From: Myxococcota bacterium
GTDB taxonomy: Bacteria > Myxococcota_A > UBA9160 > SZUA-336
Length of the DNA stretch: 64,000 bases
Assembly: GCA_965247115.1 (NCBI GenBank)
Contig: CBDFGR010000003.1
Coordinates: forward strand, 736,001-800,000
Direction: 5' to 3'
A model generated the notes under the pieces. That model was not told where the DNA came from. It was given only the letters and a program-made list of their open reading frames with translations, and did not search any database. Of this stretch, positions 56,600 through 64,000 are shown piece by piece (position 1 is the first letter of the stretch; every line of letters begins with the position of its first letter). Made by a program: the position numbers and the translations under genes.

Positions 56600-57044
56600 C
56601 TCTCGCGAGCTCGGAGAGTGCCTCATCCACGATCGCGAGCATCGCCCTCTCGTCTCCCTGATTCAGCTTTCTCACGCGACGCCGCAGTTTCGATGGGAGC
56701 GCCCGCAGGCGATCCTTGCAGCGAAGAATCAGCTCCTGCCACCTCGCGACGACATCCTCATGTTGTAGGAGATGACCGCGTGTCTCCGCGTTCTTCAGGT
56801 CCTGCGCTTCCGCCTGGACCCGGGCTAGCTTCGCCCGCTCTCTGGATAGTTCGTCGGCGCCCTGTTCGGCGGGCTGGAAGATCAGCGGCAAGGCCTTCCG
56901 CGGGTCGTAGTAGATCGCCCGCTTCTCGCGCCTCACCGGCTCGATCTCGTGGAGCCGCTTGCGGACCGTTCGATGCGACGAGCCCGTGAGAAGAACCAGC
57001 TGCCCCATGGTCATCGCTGAGAGGCTGACCTCTGACCTCGCCAT
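56580..57044 (-). CDS. Terminase small subunit (Nu1-like)
   Basis: N-terminal HTH, ERAKLARVQAE...LKNA..RG.L; upstream of GpA. Confidence 0.85.
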   Translation of the reverse strand: MARSEVSLSAMTMGQLVLLTGSSHRTVRKRLHEIEPVRREKRAIYYDPRKALPLIFQPAEQGADELSRERAKLARVQAEAQDLKNAETRGHLLQHEDVVARWQELILRCKDRLRALPSKLRRRVRKLNQGDERAMLAIVDEALSELARDVFTGA

Positions 57045-57103
57045 TGCGGCTCACTCCCCTCCTAGCAGCGCCCCTTAAGAGGTCCGTAACTAGTGCAACT
57101 TTG

Positions 57104-57145
57104 CGCCTCGCGTTACCCGCGAGCGAGGACCGCTGGAGAGGACCC
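57104..57145 (-). other. Putative cos region (cosQ-like GGGTCCT and cosN-like 12-mer)
   Basis: GGGTCCT at 57139-57145, then CG-GGTAACGCGAGG-CG (12-mer at 57106-57117), just upstream of the small terminase. Confidence 0.55.
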
Positions 57146-57357
57146 GCGGATGTGGCCCGAGGTCACGTACCCCCGGGCCTCAGGTCTTTAGCCCCGGTTC
57201 ATCGCGTCATCTCCTACGCATCTACAGGATGGGATTTGCCTCGTTGCGTTGATCGCGATCGAGACGCGCTCCTCCGCGCCGGAGTACTCCTCGATCTCTA
57301 GCAGCTCCTCGCGGTGTGTCGCCGCCATCTCCTAGAGCTGGGTCTTGACGTCGCCGC

Positions 57358-57825
57358 TTACGCCTCCGGAGGCCACACCCAGGCGCCCTGGTCAAGCTCC
57401 TCATCCCCGTCCTGAGCGCGCTGGGAGTAGCGCGCTCGCACGAATCCAGAGTGGTCCCTGCCAGCGCCGAGCCATACCCGCGGGGCGGTGAAGGCTACGA
57501 TCCCAACGACCCCATCCACGGAATCGTAGACCTGGACGATGATTCCGGGAATCGCTTCGTCGCAACCGGATGGACGGCACTGGACGATGCGACCGATCGC
57601 GAGGCCCGGCATCGGGCCCAAAGGCTCTTCCTCCACGAGCCGCGCATTTGCATCGATCGCGCCCTTCGCGAGGAGGATCAGGCCAGCCGCTGAAGTTTCT
57701 GCATAGCCGTGAGCTTCAGAGATCTGCTCGGCTGTCGCGCCTGCGACCGCCTCGAGGGCCTCGAAGCCAATCTCCTTCAGAGCCGCCAGCTGATTTTCGG
57801 TGACCAAATCACTGAGCTGCTGCAC
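57358..57825 (-). CDS. HhH (NusA-AR/RadA-N-like) domain fused to a phage 'IGRIV...WxWPP' domain
   Basis: LAALKEIGFEALEAVAGATAEQISEAHGYAETSAAGLILLAK; GGAG RBS and GTG start. Confidence 0.6.
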   Translation of the reverse strand: MQQLSDLVTENQLAALKEIGFEALEAVAGATAEQISEAHGYAETSAAGLILLAKGAIDANARLVEEEPLGPMPGLAIGRIVQCRPSGCDEAIPGIIVQVYDSVDGVVGIVAFTAPRVWLGAGRDHSGFVRARYSQRAQDGDEELDQGAWVWPPEA

Positions 57826-57844
57826 GTTTCTTCACTCCCCTCTT

Positions 57845-58115
57845 CGACACTCCCGCACCCAGACCCGCGCGCACTCTACGAGCGGACCTCCGGCATCGAG
57901 CGTTGCAGTGACTTTTACGTCGTACGTACCCTTTGGGGCCGTACTCTTGATGCGAACTTCGCAGTCGTGGTCGTGAAGCCCGTTCCACCGAGTACGGTCG
58001 CGGAGACATCAAGACCGAAATGCCGAACTCTCCCCACAGGGCGGGCTACGGGTGTCGTGCTACGGCGACTTCTCTCCGACCGGGTCGCGGGGTGCCGTAC
58101 CGACACCACTGCGAC
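57845..58115 (-). ncRNA. Candidate large structured ncRNA in the late-operon leader
   Basis: About ten mutually compatible helices found by hand; mismatches read as G-U on the minus strand; begins about 10 nt after a promoter. Confidence 0.7.
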
Positions 58116-58124
58116 GATGAGAGA

Positions 58125-58152
58125 ATCGTGCCAAAAGTGTCGCAGACGTCAA
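58125..58152 (-). promoter_or_regulatory. Putative late promoter (pR'-like)
   Basis: -35 TTGACG (58147-58152), 16-bp spacer, extended -10 TG-G-CACGAT (58125-58130). Confidence 0.55.
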
Positions 58153-58203
58153 GGGGGGCGTATGCGCGAGAGGCGCGGAGAGGCCGCCTCGTTCTACGTG
58201 AAC

Positions 58204-58240
58204 GTGACTCCGATCTACTCGCGTCTACTCGGATCTACTC
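58204..58240. repeat. 10-bp-period direct repeats TCTACTC
   Basis: TCTACTC at 58214, 58224, 58234; degenerate in-phase GTGACTC at 58204. Confidence 0.85.
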
Positions 58241-58442
58241 AGTCGAGGAATCCGCATCGTGTACATCTCGAATCGGGTTCGAGATCACCAACTCGGATGC
58301 GGTAGATCGGCCGCTTGCCAGGCGGAGCTTCGTTCCTCGCTCGAAGCCGCTTCGACTTGATCCAGCGGTAGACCGTGTGTCGGTGTAGGCGCAGTCGCTG
58401 CGCCACCTCTTCGGGTGTCAGCAGTTCGTCGGGATCAGACAT
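58239..58442 (-). CDS. HTH_17 (Xis/BldC-like) small DNA-binding protein
   Basis: ELLTPEEVAQRLRLHRHTVYRWIKSKRLRA. Confidence 0.85.
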   Translation of the reverse strand: MSDPDELLTPEEVAQRLRLHRHTVYRWIKSKRLRARNEAPPGKRPIYRIRVGDLEPDSRCTRCGFLD

Positions 58443-59028
58443 GAATCACCCGCTCTCTCTCCGTTGCTCCGCCCCGATGTCGTAGCAACCCGGCATCGAC
58501 CATCCGCTCTGCGAAGATCGCGCGCCCCTCCGGCACCCAGCGATGCACGCGGTCCTTGTTCCATTCGAACGGCGCGCAGGGCCAAAGTTCCGCCGCGATC
58601 GCGGCGAGCTCGCGCACGCCTGAGCGCCGCGCATCCTCCGAGCACAGCTCGGCCAGGAAGTATGTACGGAACGGCCACCGAAGTCGTCGACTCGAGTAGA
58701 GCTTGCAGATGATCCGGTCGAGTTCGGCCAGCTCTAGCATGGCGATCGCGCGGTCGTGCGCGCGAGAAGCCGCTTGAGCAGCATGACCGCGACCCTTCCA
58801 CCCAAAGGTGCTGTCGACCGGCCAGAGCTCGCCGCAAGCACCGCAGATGGAAGCGTAATCGCTGTCTCGCGCGCGCATGTATCCAGTGTGCCCTTTCGCG
58901 ATGCAGACGGGGCAGAAGCCGCCGAACTGCTGGCCGATCGAGTGCACCGCACCCGCGCCTCCTTGATAGAGACGCTCCGCGCGCTCGGCGTAGTAACGAA
59001 TCGCGTTGTCGGGATGCGAGAATCTCAC
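58435..59028 (-). CDS. Zn-ribbon protein in the gpQ position (possible late regulator)
   Basis: CPVC...CGAC; helical C-terminus; synteny. Confidence 0.5.
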   Translation of the reverse strand: MRFSHPDNAIRYYAERAERLYQGGAGAVHSIGQQFGGFCPVCIAKGHTGYMRARDSDYASICGACGELWPVDSTFGWKGRGHAAQAASRAHDRAIAMLELAELDRIICKLYSSRRLRWPFRTYFLAELCSEDARRSGVRELAAIAAELWPCAPFEWNKDRVHRWVPEGRAIFAERMVDAGLLRHRGGATERERVIHV

Positions 59029-59228
59029 GCTCGTGCCCAGGTTTATCCCGCGCCTAGCCAGGCATGTCCCTACGCGCTTTCACTTCGACGTCGAACTGTC
59101 CGGGCGTCGTTGCGCCGCCCGCGGCGATCACGATCTTCACCCGATCCTCCCAGAGCGCGATCCGGTCTCGAACGGCCTCGCCGGCAGCGGCGAATCGGTA
59201 GTGACTGGGATTCTGTCTCGTGCGATTG

Positions 59229-59546
59229 TTATATCGTTCCTCCTCCGAACCATTTCATGAAAGTCTCAAGCCGCATGACGACGAGCGCGTCCTTGTCCAA
59301 CTGCTTCTTGCGCTTCACGATGCCGATCGGGATCTCGGACGGTACTGCGCTCGCCTCGGCCTGCAGAGCTGCGTTCACCGCAAGACCGTAGCTCGGCGCT
59401 TTGTTGAGCTTGCACTCGATGCTGAAGCCGTCGACGATGCAGTCGTTCTTCCCGCCAGAGCGGCCGCCGTAGTCCGCGCCACGGCGCTTGCCTCCGAATA
59501 GCCGCGCGATGCGTCGCTCGAATTGTTTCCAACCTGGATCGTTCAC
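59229..59546 (-). CDS. PD-(D/E)xK nuclease, Holliday-junction-resolvase-like
   Basis: WKQFERRIA...D......IECK. Confidence 0.75.
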   Translation of the reverse strand: MNDPGWKQFERRIARLFGGKRRGADYGGRSGGKNDCIVDGFSIECKLNKAPSYGLAVNAALQAEASAVPSEIPIGIVKRKKQLDKDALVVMRLETFMKWFGGGTI

Positions 59547-59806
59547 GCTGCTCCCTCGTCACTGCCCGGTATCTTCGGCGTCTCCATGATCCCGAACGCC
59601 TGGAGCGTGGTGATGAGATCCGTCTCTGCGGCCTTCGCGCCCTGTGCCGCGCGCTTCTCCTCTTGGACGGTGCCGAAGAGACGCGTAGCAGCAGCCGAGA
59701 CCTTCTGCACTTGCACCTTCAGAGCCGCGTTTTCCGTCTCGAGCTGCTTGATCCTCTTCTTCAGCTCCTGGTCAGAGCTTCCCTTCTTTCGCGACGCCTC
59801 ACCCAT
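59543..59806 (-). CDS. Hypothetical coiled-coil phage protein
   Basis: Overlapping start/stop with neighbours. Confidence 0.6.
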   Translation of the reverse strand: MGEASRKKGSSDQELKKRIKQLETENAALKVQVQKVSAAATRLFGTVQEEKRAAQGAKAAETDLITTLQAFGIMETPKIPGSDEGAA

Positions 59807-59993
59807 CAGCGTCGCCCGTCTCGGTGACCGTCACGTCGACGCTCGTTCCGATCTTCAGCTTGGCGATAGTGGCGACGACCAGCTGACACACGTGGCCGCT
59901 CGAGTTTCGCAGCGAGACCCGCCACTTCAGGCCGCCCCCTTCGAGGCTCTGCGCAATCTCGGAGACCTGGAAAGCTTCCCTGAACACCTCCAT
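59799..59993 (-). CDS. Hypothetical phage protein
   Basis: Coupled ORF in the early/middle operon. Confidence 0.55.
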   Translation of the reverse strand: MEVFREAFQVSEIAQSLEGGGLKWRVSLRNSSGHVCQLVVATIAKLKIGTSVDVTVTETGDADG

Positions 59994-60728
59994 CTACTCA
60001 TCTCCTTTCCGTTTGGGGATTACACACGATAGGCCCAAGCTCGAACAACGCGCACGCGCCGATCCAGAGGGTGAGGAGGAACAGCGAAGCGAAGACTCCA
60101 GGTAACGCTCCCCCCCAGTCAGCGTGAAGCCCCGGAGAGTTCCTCTTCGCTGCCCTCCTCACGAGACTCATAACGCATGATCCGGACCGTTCGTGTCGGT
60201 CCGATCGTGAATGCCGATCACATCGGCGCCGCGGTTGTCGCTCTTCGAGTCCACGAAGGCCTCGAGGTTGTCGCACAGGCGCTCGAGGGCGTTGACCAGA
60301 GGGATCGCGATCTTGCCGATTTGATTGACGATCGCCAGCACGACGACCGTGGTGCACAGCATGATCACTCCGAGGATGATCACAGCTTGACCCTCCAGCG
60401 GAGATCTCCGCTGCCCTCCACGCGTACGATGAGCTGCTCTCGTGGATGCTGGAAGAGGCCGAGCTGGTCCACGGCTACAGCAGCTCCTGGATCTCGGCAA
60501 GGTCCCGGCGACCCTTTGCGAGAAGCTGCTCACACCGGCCCAGCAGACGCTCCAAGCGAGAGACGGCCGCCTCGCACGGTCGAGGCTCCCTCTGATGCTC
60601 CTTCCAGGACCTCTGGCAGCTCATGCACCACATGGTCTCTCCAAAGCTGTGTCCGTTCGCCAGGAAGTCCCCCTTCCGTTTCCGCACATCTCGCGCGTGC
60701 TTCACAGCCCTACCCCCTCCCGTGTCCA

Positions 60729-61187
60729 TCAATGCACCGCTCGCTCGGCATCCGGCCGGAGATCCTTCGACAGCACCTCGACCCTCTCGGCACAATGGAT
60801 GCCGTAGAGCACCGAGTACACGCGCAGCCGGTCCAGATCTGCCCTGCCGTTGCCCTTGTTCTTGAAGTAGCCGCCGTTCTGGCCAACGGAGGGGAACTCG
60901 ACGAAATGGTGGACGTGATCCGGCATCCGGACTCCTAGACCAGCTCCAGCTGGTTGTTCCGCCAGCGCGCCTTGAAGATCACGGGCTCTTCCGGAACGCG
61001 GGTCCGCGCGCTGAATGTGGATCTCCGGATCCTCGTCCTCGCGTCCGGGCTTCACTGCAATCGTGATGGAGCAGAACGCTTGCCGTTGGTGCCGCCGCGC
61101 CGCGGTCTCCAATTGCGCGAAGTGCTTGAACACGATCTGCTGAACCTTCGTTCCCATCTTCTCGAGTCGTCCGGCCGTCGCGGCCAT
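60729..61187 (-). CDS. Hypothetical phage protein (N-terminus paralogous to 61740-61925)
   Basis: MAATAGRLEKMGTKVQQIVFKH. Confidence 0.5.
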   Translation of the reverse strand: MAATAGRLEKMGTKVQQIVFKHFAQLETAARRHQRQAFCSITIAVKPGREDEDPEIHIQRADPRSGRARDLQGALAEQPAGAGLGVRMPDHVHHFVEFPSVGQNGGYFKNKGNGRADLDRLRVYSVLYGIHCAERVEVLSKDLRPDAERAVH

Positions 61188-61205
61188 CGTCGGTGTGCTG
61201 CGCCC

Positions 61206-61517
61206 TCATGACTCGTCCTCCTCCTCGAGCTTCGCGCCCTGGAACAGCGCGAGCTGCCGCCCGATGTGGTGGAGCTTGATTTCTACGTCGTCGATCGGCT
61301 TCGTCTCAAGTTGGATCGACACCTTTGGGAACTTGATCGTTACGCCAAGCTCACCCGTGTCCGGGTCCGTCTTGAAGATGCATTTGGGCTTGAACTCGGC
61401 GACGGCCTTGCCGCCCTTGATCGAGTCCGAGATCAACGGAAGCTCGGGCAGGAGCTTCGTGTAGATCTCCCCCGAGATCCTTACCGCGAGCTCCTCATGG
61501 TGTTTCTGTTGCGCCAC
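61206..61517 (-). CDS. Hypothetical phage protein
   Basis: AGGAGGAG RBS, 103-aa ORF. Confidence 0.65.
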   Translation of the reverse strand: MAQQKHHEELAVRISGEIYTKLLPELPLISDSIKGGKAVAEFKPKCIFKTDPDTGELGVTIKFPKVSIQLETKPIDDVEIKLHHIGRQLALFQGAKLEEEDES

Positions 61518-61739
61518 TGCGCTCCTCCTTCTGTACCGAGCGGATCGCCCGCTCGATGGCTTCCTCGTACTCGCGCTGAGCCAGCCCGCGCGCGAGCTTG
61601 CTTCGACAACCGATCAGGTTCTGTCGCGTGCGGTACACCTCGGACGCGACCATCATCGGGACCTGGTCCAAGTGCACATCGCACATGACGACGGTGGGAC
61701 TCGGTGGTACTCGGTGGCGACCCGCTACGCGACACACGC

Positions 61740-61925
61740 TCATAGCAGCCTCGGCTGGTGCGGATCGCTGGCTCGAGCTTCGTGGATTCGCTGCCGTCGT
61801 CGTTCCGTGAAGACGTGCTCTCCCAAGCGTGCGCCTTCGGCCTCGAGCTGTGGAACGTGCTTGAACACGATCTGCTCCACCTTCATTCCCACCTCCGCCA
61901 GTCGTTCGGCCGTCGTGGCCATCAT
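61740..61925 (-). CDS. Hypothetical phage protein
   Basis: MMATTAERLAEVGMKVEQIVFKH; GAGG RBS. Confidence 0.5.
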   Translation of the reverse strand: MMATTAERLAEVGMKVEQIVFKHVPQLEAEGARLGEHVFTERRRQRIHEARASDPHQPRLL

Positions 61926-61939
61926 CCGTTTCCTCTCGG

Positions 61940-62644
61940 TCAGCCCGTCGTTTCTTGACGCAAGTCCTCTCGGTTGAGCTCGATGATCCCGCCCCCCTCG
62001 GCCAGCCGCGAGAACGAGCGTGGGTAGAGCTTCGCGAACGCATGCGGCCCGTCGCGCGGATGCAGGTTTGTCGTCACGATCGTCGGACGCAAGTTCTTCC
62101 AGCGAACGTCGACAAGGTGGTCCATCTCGGACATCGGCCACTCGTGCTCGTAGGCCGCGCCCCAGTCGTCCACGACCAAAAACGGCACACTCGCGGCACT
62201 TCGGAGCCAGTCCGCATCGCGCTGGAAGACTCGGCGGTAGGCCTCAATGGCGCTCTCGAAGATCGCCCGTTCCCAGCGCTCGGGGTCCGTGTACCAGAGC
62301 CGGAACGCCGCATAGATGGCAGCCACCGTTTTGCCGCTTCCCGTGGGACCCATGATGAGCAGACTCGTGCCCTGGGGAGCCCTGCCCGGCCAGTCCATGA
62401 CGCTGGGCGGAATCAGCTCCGTGTCGACTTCGCGATTGCGGAACATCTCGATGAAGCGCTTCCCGACGCGCAGACGAGCGAGCCACCGCAGAGCGCTCGC
62501 AAACTTCCGCTCGGCCAGGTCGTCTGCGTCGGTGGGCGCTTCGTCCGACGCCCGCGAGGCGCCGCGCCGGGCCTCCAGATCGATCAGGGTGGCGCCTACA
62601 GCCTCGCGCAACGGCTTTTCTAGCTCGGTCATGCTCTCCTCCAT
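61940..62644 (-). CDS. DnaC/IstB-like AAA+ helicase loader
   Basis: GPTGSGKT, LVVDDWG, TIVTTNL, FSRL. Confidence 0.9.
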   Translation of the reverse strand: MEESMTELEKPLREAVGATLIDLEARRGASRASDEAPTDADDLAERKFASALRWLARLRVGKRFIEMFRNREVDTELIPPSVMDWPGRAPQGTSLLIMGPTGSGKTVAAIYAAFRLWYTDPERWERAIFESAIEAYRRVFQRDADWLRSAASVPFLVVDDWGAAYEHEWPMSEMDHLVDVRWKNLRPTIVTTNLHPRDGPHAFAKLYPRSFSRLAEGGGIIELNREDLRQETTG

Positions 62645-63459
62645 GGTGCGTTCACGTCACGACTCTGGGTGCGCGGCGAGGCCCTGGCGCGGGCCATGTG
62701 CGCGCGCAGCTTCTCGTACTGATCGCGGAACTTCGGGACCGAGCGGACGTTGCCGCGCCAGAACGCGGCATCGCTGCACTCGTCTTCGAGCAGCCAGCGT
62801 AGGAGCCGGTGAGCCTCGGACGACGTCCGCTTGTCCAGCCGGAACATGAGATCTGCGGCCTGGACCCAGCCCGCGAACGCCGAAGGCGTTGGCTTGCGGA
62901 AGTCCGGCTCGCGCTTGAGAAGGCCGTCCAGAAACATCTGGGCAAAGTCGTGGCCGGATCCACCGGTGCCGTTGCTCTTGGGCGGAGCACGCGGCGCGTC
63001 GCTCGGCGGAGCCGACGACTTTTTCGCACACGACTCTGGCTCAGGCTCTGGCTCTGGCTCAGGCTCAGGCTCAGGCTCAGGCTGACGTGCGTCTCGCACG
63101 TGAGTCGCATGCGTCTCGCATGCGAATCCCTCCCTTTTCACCGCTTCGGAGCGTTTCACCGTGCTGTCCGCGTGCTTCTCCCAGTCATGGACGAGGAGCC
63201 TGTGCGCCTCGGACCGGTCGAGCCATCGTGTGGCGATCAGCGCACGCAGAAGGTCGCCCGGCTCGCCTTCCCAGGCGATGGACACGGCGATCTCCTCATC
63301 AGACCAGCGCCCGATGTCTCCACGGGGGGCCTGGGTCGCAGTGAAGTGCCAGAGGCACTCCAGGATCCCGACCGCATGGTAGCGTGGGACGTCGAGCGCG
63401 CGGCAGAGGTTCAGTAACTTGGGGCTAGCGTGCGCGTGCCTCAGCATCGTCTCTCTCAC
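62629..63459 (-). CDS. Phage replication initiator
   Basis: LWHF...HDWEKH N-domain, (EP)n linker, FWRGNVRSVPKFRDQYEKL C-domain; upstream of the DnaC-like gene. Confidence 0.85.
   Translation of the reverse strand: MRETMLRHAHASPKLLNLCRALDVPRYHAVGILECLWHFTATQAPRGDIGRWSDEEIAVSIAWEGEPGDLLRALIATRWLDRSEAHRLLVHDWEKHADSTVKRSEAVKREGFACETHATHVRDARQPEPEPEPEPEPEPEPESCAKKSSAPPSDAPRAPPKSNGTGGSGHDFAQMFLDGLLKREPDFRKPTPSAFAGWVQAADLMFRLDKRTSSEAHRLLRWLLEDECSDAAFWRGNVRSVPKFRDQYEKLRAHMARARASPRTQSRDVNAPWRRA
63034..63128. repeat. Hexamer repeat (GGCTCA/GGCTCT) and 11-bp iteron-like repeats inside the initiator gene
   Basis: About 8 hexamers at 63034-63083; GCGTCTCGCAC, GTGAGTCGCAT, GCGTCTCGCAT at 63089-63121. Confidence 0.75.
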
Positions 63460-63674
63460 CCCCCTTGGCTAGAGCTCTTTGGGTTCCTATGCGCTCCCGC
63501 GCGCCTGGTTCGGGCGTGCCAGGCACGGCGCCCGTTCGTAGAAGGTCAGCTCCACGAAATTCGACATCCCGTCTACGACCTTGGCTTCCAAGTGACGAAT
63601 CCTGGCCGAACCATGATCGAATACGCACCACAGGAACAGAACACCGACGGCGCTTAACAGTTTCGGGTAGGCCA

Positions 63675-63929
63675 TCATGTGGCTCGCTCGGTGGCGCGCT
63701 TGCGAGCTTCCGCGTCCTCGTACGCCAGGTATCTCATGTCATGACGCAGGCACTCTCTCCTCGCGTCTTCAGCCGCGAAGTAGCGCTGGGTCTCGCGGTT
63801 GTGGAAGTAGAACCAAATACGATGCGCCCACTTCGGCCGGCGCAGGTCCCAGAGCCACAGCCACAGGATGAACGCGAAGTTCAGCAGCAGGCCGACGGCT
63901 AGGAGAGTCTCGGTCGTGGAGAACGTCAT
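63675..63929 (-). CDS. Small membrane-anchored phage protein
   Basis: N-terminal TM segment. Confidence 0.5.
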   Translation of the reverse strand: MTFSTTETLLAVGLLLNFAFILWLWLWDLRRPKWAHRIWFYFHNRETQRYFAAEDARRECLRHDMRYLAYEDAEARKRATERAT

Positions 63930-64000
63930 GCAGCCTTCACCGATCTCTTTCTCATCGAGCGACTTGACGCGCTCACACCGCCTCCTTCGTGGGATCGGTC

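Larger units (their letters stand above)
33665..64000 (-). mobile_element. Lambda-like siphoviral prophage (partial; continues past the right edge; left boundary approximate)
   Basis: Colinear replication, late control, terminase, gpW, portal, S49 protease, decoration, capsid, tail, fibre and lysis genes on the minus strand. Confidence 0.95.

Noticed and set aside
57845..58115. tmRNA, RNase P RNA or SRP RNA
   Set aside because: No tRNA-like ends or tag ORF, no GAGGAAAGUCC-type RNase P core, no SRP helix-8 motif recognised.
58118..58134. Sigma54 promoter (TGGCACG)
   Set aside because: No TTGC -12 element at the required spacing.
1..64000. Many long antisense or alternate-frame ORFs in the track (e.g. 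4210-5580, 13531-14907, 41392-42669, 50323-51612)
   Set aside because: Shadow ORFs expected in high-GC DNA; they overlap well-supported genes and carry no recognisable motifs.

Overview
High-GC bacterial chromosome segment, plausibly Myxococcota/deltaproteobacterial (inference from gene content only). (1) 1-26.7 kb is mostly core/metabolic: M20 deacylase, arylsulfatase, GH20, threonine-synthase-like gene with a BMP-type ABC operon, HAD, BvdR-like oxidoreductase, O-methyltransferase, trpS, class IV aminotransferase, two DAG-kinase-family genes, OprO/P porin, a phosphatase beside a CotH-like gene with an in-frame TGA, and a serine hydrolase. (2) 26.7-33.4 kb is rearranged and full of gene fragments: a PpiC/serine-hydrolase deletion junction, DUF3604, HigA-like and beta-protein remnants, an IS256 without target duplication, and a frameshifted NYN nuclease. 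(3) ~33.6-64 kb is a minus-strand lambda-like siphoviral prophage (replication, late control, cos/terminase, head, tail, lysis, morons) that runs off the right edge and carries several tail frameshifts. Top candidate for an undescribed system: a late-control module of a BldC/Xis-like HTH gene, 10-bp phased direct repeats, a sigma70-like promoter, a ~270-nt multi-junction structured RNA (57845-58115) and a NusA-AR-like HhH protein, just upstream of cos and terminase. Second: a tRNA with a Leu-type long-variable-arm body but Pro identity elements (C1:G72, A73, anticodon UGG), next to a perfect 15-7-15 palindrome and an NYN gene with a two-hairpin leader. All family calls come from motif recognition by eye and all RNA folds were done by hand; no searches were run.
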